DNA of 64,000 nucleotides from an uncultured delta proteobacterium (lineage in GTDB: Bacteria; Desulfobacterota; RBG-13-43-22): NCBI GenBank assembly GCA_963790475.1, contig CAWBOS010000010.1, positions 992,001 through 1,056,000 on the forward strand, read 5' to 3'. Of the stretch, positions 60,794 to 64,000 are shown piece after piece. Under the pieces are notes generated by a model that saw only the letters and a program-made list of their open reading frames with translations, had not been told where the DNA came from and made no database searches. Position numbers and translations under genes: made by a program. How positions within the stretch are numbered: position 1 is the first letter of the stretch; each line of letters starts with the position of its first letter.

Positions 60794-62230
60794 TTAACCA
60801 AGGCCCTGGCAAAATTCATTGGCAATCACGTTGAGTATCTTGCTCATACCCGCGGGGAATACTCCCTGGGAAGTGCTCCAAGCAATCTCTAAATCGCCCA
60901 CAAGCCCTTTTTCTCCTGACAAAGATAGGGTAAAGGTAACTATTCGGTTGTTCAGCTCCGTAGTGGGCTTAGGGGCTTCCCAGGTAAGGGGTTGGTCCGG
61001 TCTTGCCTTTGGTGTCATGATCGCCTGTTGGATTCCCACCTCCGCAAACAATTCCCCAGCTAATACCCACCTTCCTTCGAGGGTCTTTTCTTCTTCAAAA
61101 GCCCGGCAAAGCAAACGGCTCCTGAAGGCCAGGTACTTGGACTTTTGGGAATCCCGCCACCGGGTGATCAGGTCCCTGAAGAGTCTGGAAAATTTAAAAT
61201 ACCCCAGGAGTCTGGACCCCATGATAAAGGCCACACCCAGGACAACCACCGCATAAGCAGCTAAGGAATTCCGGGTAAAAAGTAAAAAGCCGGCCAAAGA
61301 CGCCAGAAAGAAATTTATCCCATAAAGCATCAGCACCGCCCGGCGATGGGAGAATCCCTTCTCCAGCAACCGATGATGAATATGATCGCGATCGGCTTGT
61401 CCGATGGGGACTCCCCGATGCCAACGTCGCAAGACCGCATAAATCATGTCCACAATCGGAATCCCAAGGGCAACGATAGGGATAAATAAGGCAAAGGCAA
61501 TGGCGCTCTTTTCTGAGGCCCACAAAGAAAGACCGCCCAGATAAAATCCTAAGAAAAGGCTGCCCGAATCTCCTAAAAATATAGTGGCCGGAGAAAAATT
61601 ATAACGCAGAAACCCGAGGCAGGCACCGGCCAAAGCCGCGGCCAGAAAAGGGACTAAAGTATAAACGGTCGGGGAAGTCATGACAAAGAGAATGGCCGCG
61701 GCAAAGGTGGCGATTCCTACGGCCAGCCCATCTATGCCATCGGCCAGATTAAGGGCATTGGTTATCCCGACCAGCCATAATATGGTAATGGGTCCACTCA
61801 GCCAGGAAAGGTCTAATTGTATCCCGAAGGGATTGGAAAGGAGCTGGATCTTCAGCCCGAAGAAAAAGGCGACGCCGGCCGCCACAATCTCCGCCGATAA
61901 TTTCGGCCAGGGGGTTAATCGGTGAATGTCATCCCAAACCCCAACCCCGAAAACGATTAAGCACCCAAGGGTAAGCCCAAGGAGTGGTTTCCAAAAGGTG
62001 TGGATTTCCCGGGTCATGGAATTCCCCAATAGAAGGAAGCAGAGAAAAGGTAATAGGGTGGCTAAAAAGATCGCTACCCCGCCAAGACGAGCAATCTCCT
62101 TTTGATGAACCTTCCTTTTCGCCGGGGAATCAAAAATTTCGAAACGGGTTCCCAATGCCCGCACATAGGGGGTGATGATCAAGGCGGTAATCAAGGCAAT
62201 GGAGAAAAAGAATAAATGGGTTAAGGTCAT
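60794..62230 (-). CDS. MraY/WecA family undecaprenyl-phosphate GlcNAc-1-phosphate transferase
   Basis: RKVH..EIARLGGVAI, GVWDD, NALNLADGIDGLA, FLRYNF.PA.IFLGDSGS, ADRDHIHHRL; ATG 62230 in ATGA overlap with the GT2 stop. Confidence 0.92.
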   Translation of the reverse strand: MTLTHLFFFSIALITALIITPYVRALGTRFEIFDSPAKRKVHQKEIARLGGVAIFLATLLPFLCFLLLGNSMTREIHTFWKPLLGLTLGCLIVFGVGVWDDIHRLTPWPKLSAEIVAAGVAFFFGLKIQLLSNPFGIQLDLSWLSGPITILWLVGITNALNLADGIDGLAVGIATFAAAILFVMTSPTVYTLVPFLAAALAGACLGFLRYNFSPATIFLGDSGSLFLGFYLGGLSLWASEKSAIAFALFIPIVALGIPIVDMIYAVLRRWHRGVPIGQADRDHIHHRLLEKGFSHRRAVLMLYGINFFLASLAGFLLFTRNSLAAYAVVVLGVAFIMGSRLLGYFKFSRLFRDLITRWRDSQKSKYLAFRSRLLCRAFEEEKTLEGRWVLAGELFAEVGIQQAIMTPKARPDQPLTWEAPKPTTELNNRIVTFTLSLSGEKGLVGDLEIAWSTSQGVFPAGMSKILNVIANEFCQGLG

Positions 62231-63021
62231 GATATCCTTTTGGACATTGTATTCGACCGGTTCAAGAGGCTGGCCATAAAAACCCGGGAGGAAAAAAACC
62301 TGAGTCCGCTTAACGTATGCCATAATAAAAATCTGAGACGGCGGTGACTTTCCCGCCGGGCATGATGAATAACCGAAATCTGCGGATTAAATACAACCTT
62401 GTATCCGGCTAATCTCAACCGGCTGCAAAGGTCAACATCCTCAAAATAAAGATGATACCGTTCGTCAAAGCCGTTCATGGCAGCAAAGGCGGTACTCGAA
62501 AATAACATAAATATACCGGCCACCCAATCCGGATAGAACACCTTGTTCATATCATAGTCCAACTTATCATTTTTTTGTTTTAAAACCCTTTTGATCAGCC
62601 GGACAGGCGTGGGAAGCCGACGGGCATTATCCTCAACTGTTTGATCCCCGGAAAGTATCAGCGGGGTAATTACCCCGATTCGGTCATCGGCCCGTAAATG
62701 GGTATGAAGGGAGAGAAAAGGATCTTGGGTTAACCGAACATCCGGATTCAGGACACAAAAAAAATGGGATCCCCTTAACCGGAAGGCCGCATTATGGTTG
62801 GCCCCAAAGCCCTTGGGGTGCTCATTTTGAATGACTATTATTTTAAAAGAAAAATCATCTTCTTTAAAAGGTATTTTTTCTTTAGCATTTATAGTTACCA
62901 CCACCTCCATATCTTCGTAAAGGCAAAACTGCTCAATATCATTCAATAGCTTATGTACTAAGTCGGCCTGCTTATGACTGACAACCGATAGCAAAATCGA
63001 CATAAGGATCCTTTTCCCCAT
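62227..63021 (-). CDS. Glycosyltransferase family 2 (WbbL-like)
   Basis: GFGANHN, VLNPD, DWVAG.FML, GFDERY.LYFEDVDLC.RL; start may be 63003. Confidence 0.9.
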   Translation of the reverse strand: MGKRILMSILLSVVSHKQADLVHKLLNDIEQFCLYEDMEVVVTINAKEKIPFKEDDFSFKIIVIQNEHPKGFGANHNAAFRLRGSHFFCVLNPDVRLTQDPFLSLHTHLRADDRIGVITPLILSGDQTVEDNARRLPTPVRLIKRVLKQKNDKLDYDMNKVFYPDWVAGIFMLFSSTAFAAMNGFDERYHLYFEDVDLCSRLRLAGYKVVFNPQISVIHHARRESHRRLRFLLWHTLSGLRFFSSRVFMASLLNRSNTMSKRIS

Positions 63022-63106
63022 CTATATATCTCTGACAAAATATGCTTCATGGGGAATCTTTGTCAAGTGGATTAGATGGTCAAATATTATTTTTCAATTC
63101 AATTCA

Positions 63107-63264
63107 TTTGCGGGTGTGGACCTGAGCACGAAGAGCATCGCCCGGGCAAAGGAGGAGCCGACAAAATCCCAATGTCTCCGTCGACCCGTTATATTTCAGC
63201 CGATCTGAATGAGTACCGTCCCCCGGCCAAGCCGAACCCACTCTTAATCATAACTCTTGGGTAA
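63107..63264 (+). pseudogene. Fragment of a class I SAM-dependent methyltransferase
   Basis: FAGVDLSTKSIARAKE, then after a frameshift RYISADLNEYRPPAK; GC-rich patch in AT-rich intergenic DNA. Confidence 0.45.
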
Positions 63265-63564
63265 TTATGCAGTGCCCTTAGAATTGTTGATGATGGAAAA
63301 GTTTTGGCCCCCTTTCTATCATAGTATGATTTTTACAGCGAGCCTATTGACATTCTTCTTGCTGACAAACTTTGTCAAATTTTAATCATTTTATTACCAC
63401 CACTGCCTTATCCCGGCCCTTTATTTTCTAATCACTTTCCTTTTATTTAATTATTTAAATAAGTTGAAATGTAATGGATAATGGTATTTATTTTGCATAT
63501 ATAATATCGTTATATTTGACATCTTTCTTTATTATGAACCGTTTAGGAATCGCAAGGAGAAATT

Positions 63565-64000
63565 ATGAAAAAAATATTATTTAGTTTGCTCCTGATAATT
63601 ATTTTATGGTTGATCCCGGAGTATGGGAAAGCAGTCACTATTCAGGTACCGACTGACTACAAAACCATACAGTCGGCCATAGATAATGCCTCGGATGGAA
63701 GTACCATCATAGTGGCACCGGGGACTTATTCCGAAGCCTTGAGTTTTCCCAATTTAAATAAAACCCTTTATGTCAAATCTTCTGGGGGGGCGGCCAGCAC
63801 CATAATCCATGGCGGAGGAATACGAGACTTGCTTTATATTGCCAATGCCTCCTATGGCGGTAAGGATCTGACCTTTGATGGGTTTACTTTTACGCAAGGT
63901 CGAGATGTGACCAATATCTCCCCGGTCACTATAATTAATGCTTCCCCTGTTTTCCTCAACTGCCAATTTCAAAATAACAGTTCTGTCTCATCAGGGGGAG
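63565..64000 (+). CDS. Secreted right-handed beta-helix (pectin-lyase-like) protein, 3' partial
   Basis: SD aaggag; MKKILFSLLLII...AVTIQVPTDYKTIQSAIDNASDGSTIIVAPGTYSE...TIIHG...FDGFTFT.G; frame open to the window end. Confidence 0.85.
   Translation, partial: MKKILFSLLLIIILWLIPEYGKAVTIQVPTDYKTIQSAIDNASDGSTIIVAPGTYSEALSFPNLNKTLYVKSSGGAASTIIHGGGIRDLLYIANASYGGKDLTFDGFTFTQGRDVTNISPVTIINASPVFLNCQFQNNSSVSSGG

Overview
64-kb bacterial chromosomal segment. Gene content and style suggest an anaerobic deltaproteobacterium (Desulfobacterota-like); this is inference, as no marker RNA is present. From start to end: acyl-CoA carboxyltransferase and split methylmalonyl-CoA mutase genes; tex; an accessory island (~5.7-14.0 kb) with an archaic Csu/SCPU-type chaperone-usher pilus operon, two convergent paralogous Cys-less secreted proteins, an HTH remnant and an HDOD gene, carrying three near-consensus sigma28 promoters and one sigma54 promoter; ettA, a DJ-1/PfpI protein, an acyl-CoA ligase and a CoA-transferase pseudogene; an alpha-glucan block (treY, GH57/DUF3536, glgB with an in-frame deletion of its catalytic core, malQ); capA; a housekeeping run (pgpA-cinA-thpR-recA-alaS, alr, argS-SPOR-argA-like-secA-argJ, ade, a frameshifted APH/AAA kinase, O-antigen ligase); a MofA/OmpB-like giant multicopper oxidase preceded by an FKBP PPIase and a NarL-type two-component pair whose sensor has a CxxCH heme motif; then wecA-like and GT2 glycosyltransferases and a partial beta-helix protein. 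No rRNA, tRNA, CRISPR array or intact mobile element was seen. The best candidates for an undescribed system are the dual-sigma Csu pilus island with its Cys-less pilin-like pair, and the heme-sensor/FKBP/giant MCO module.
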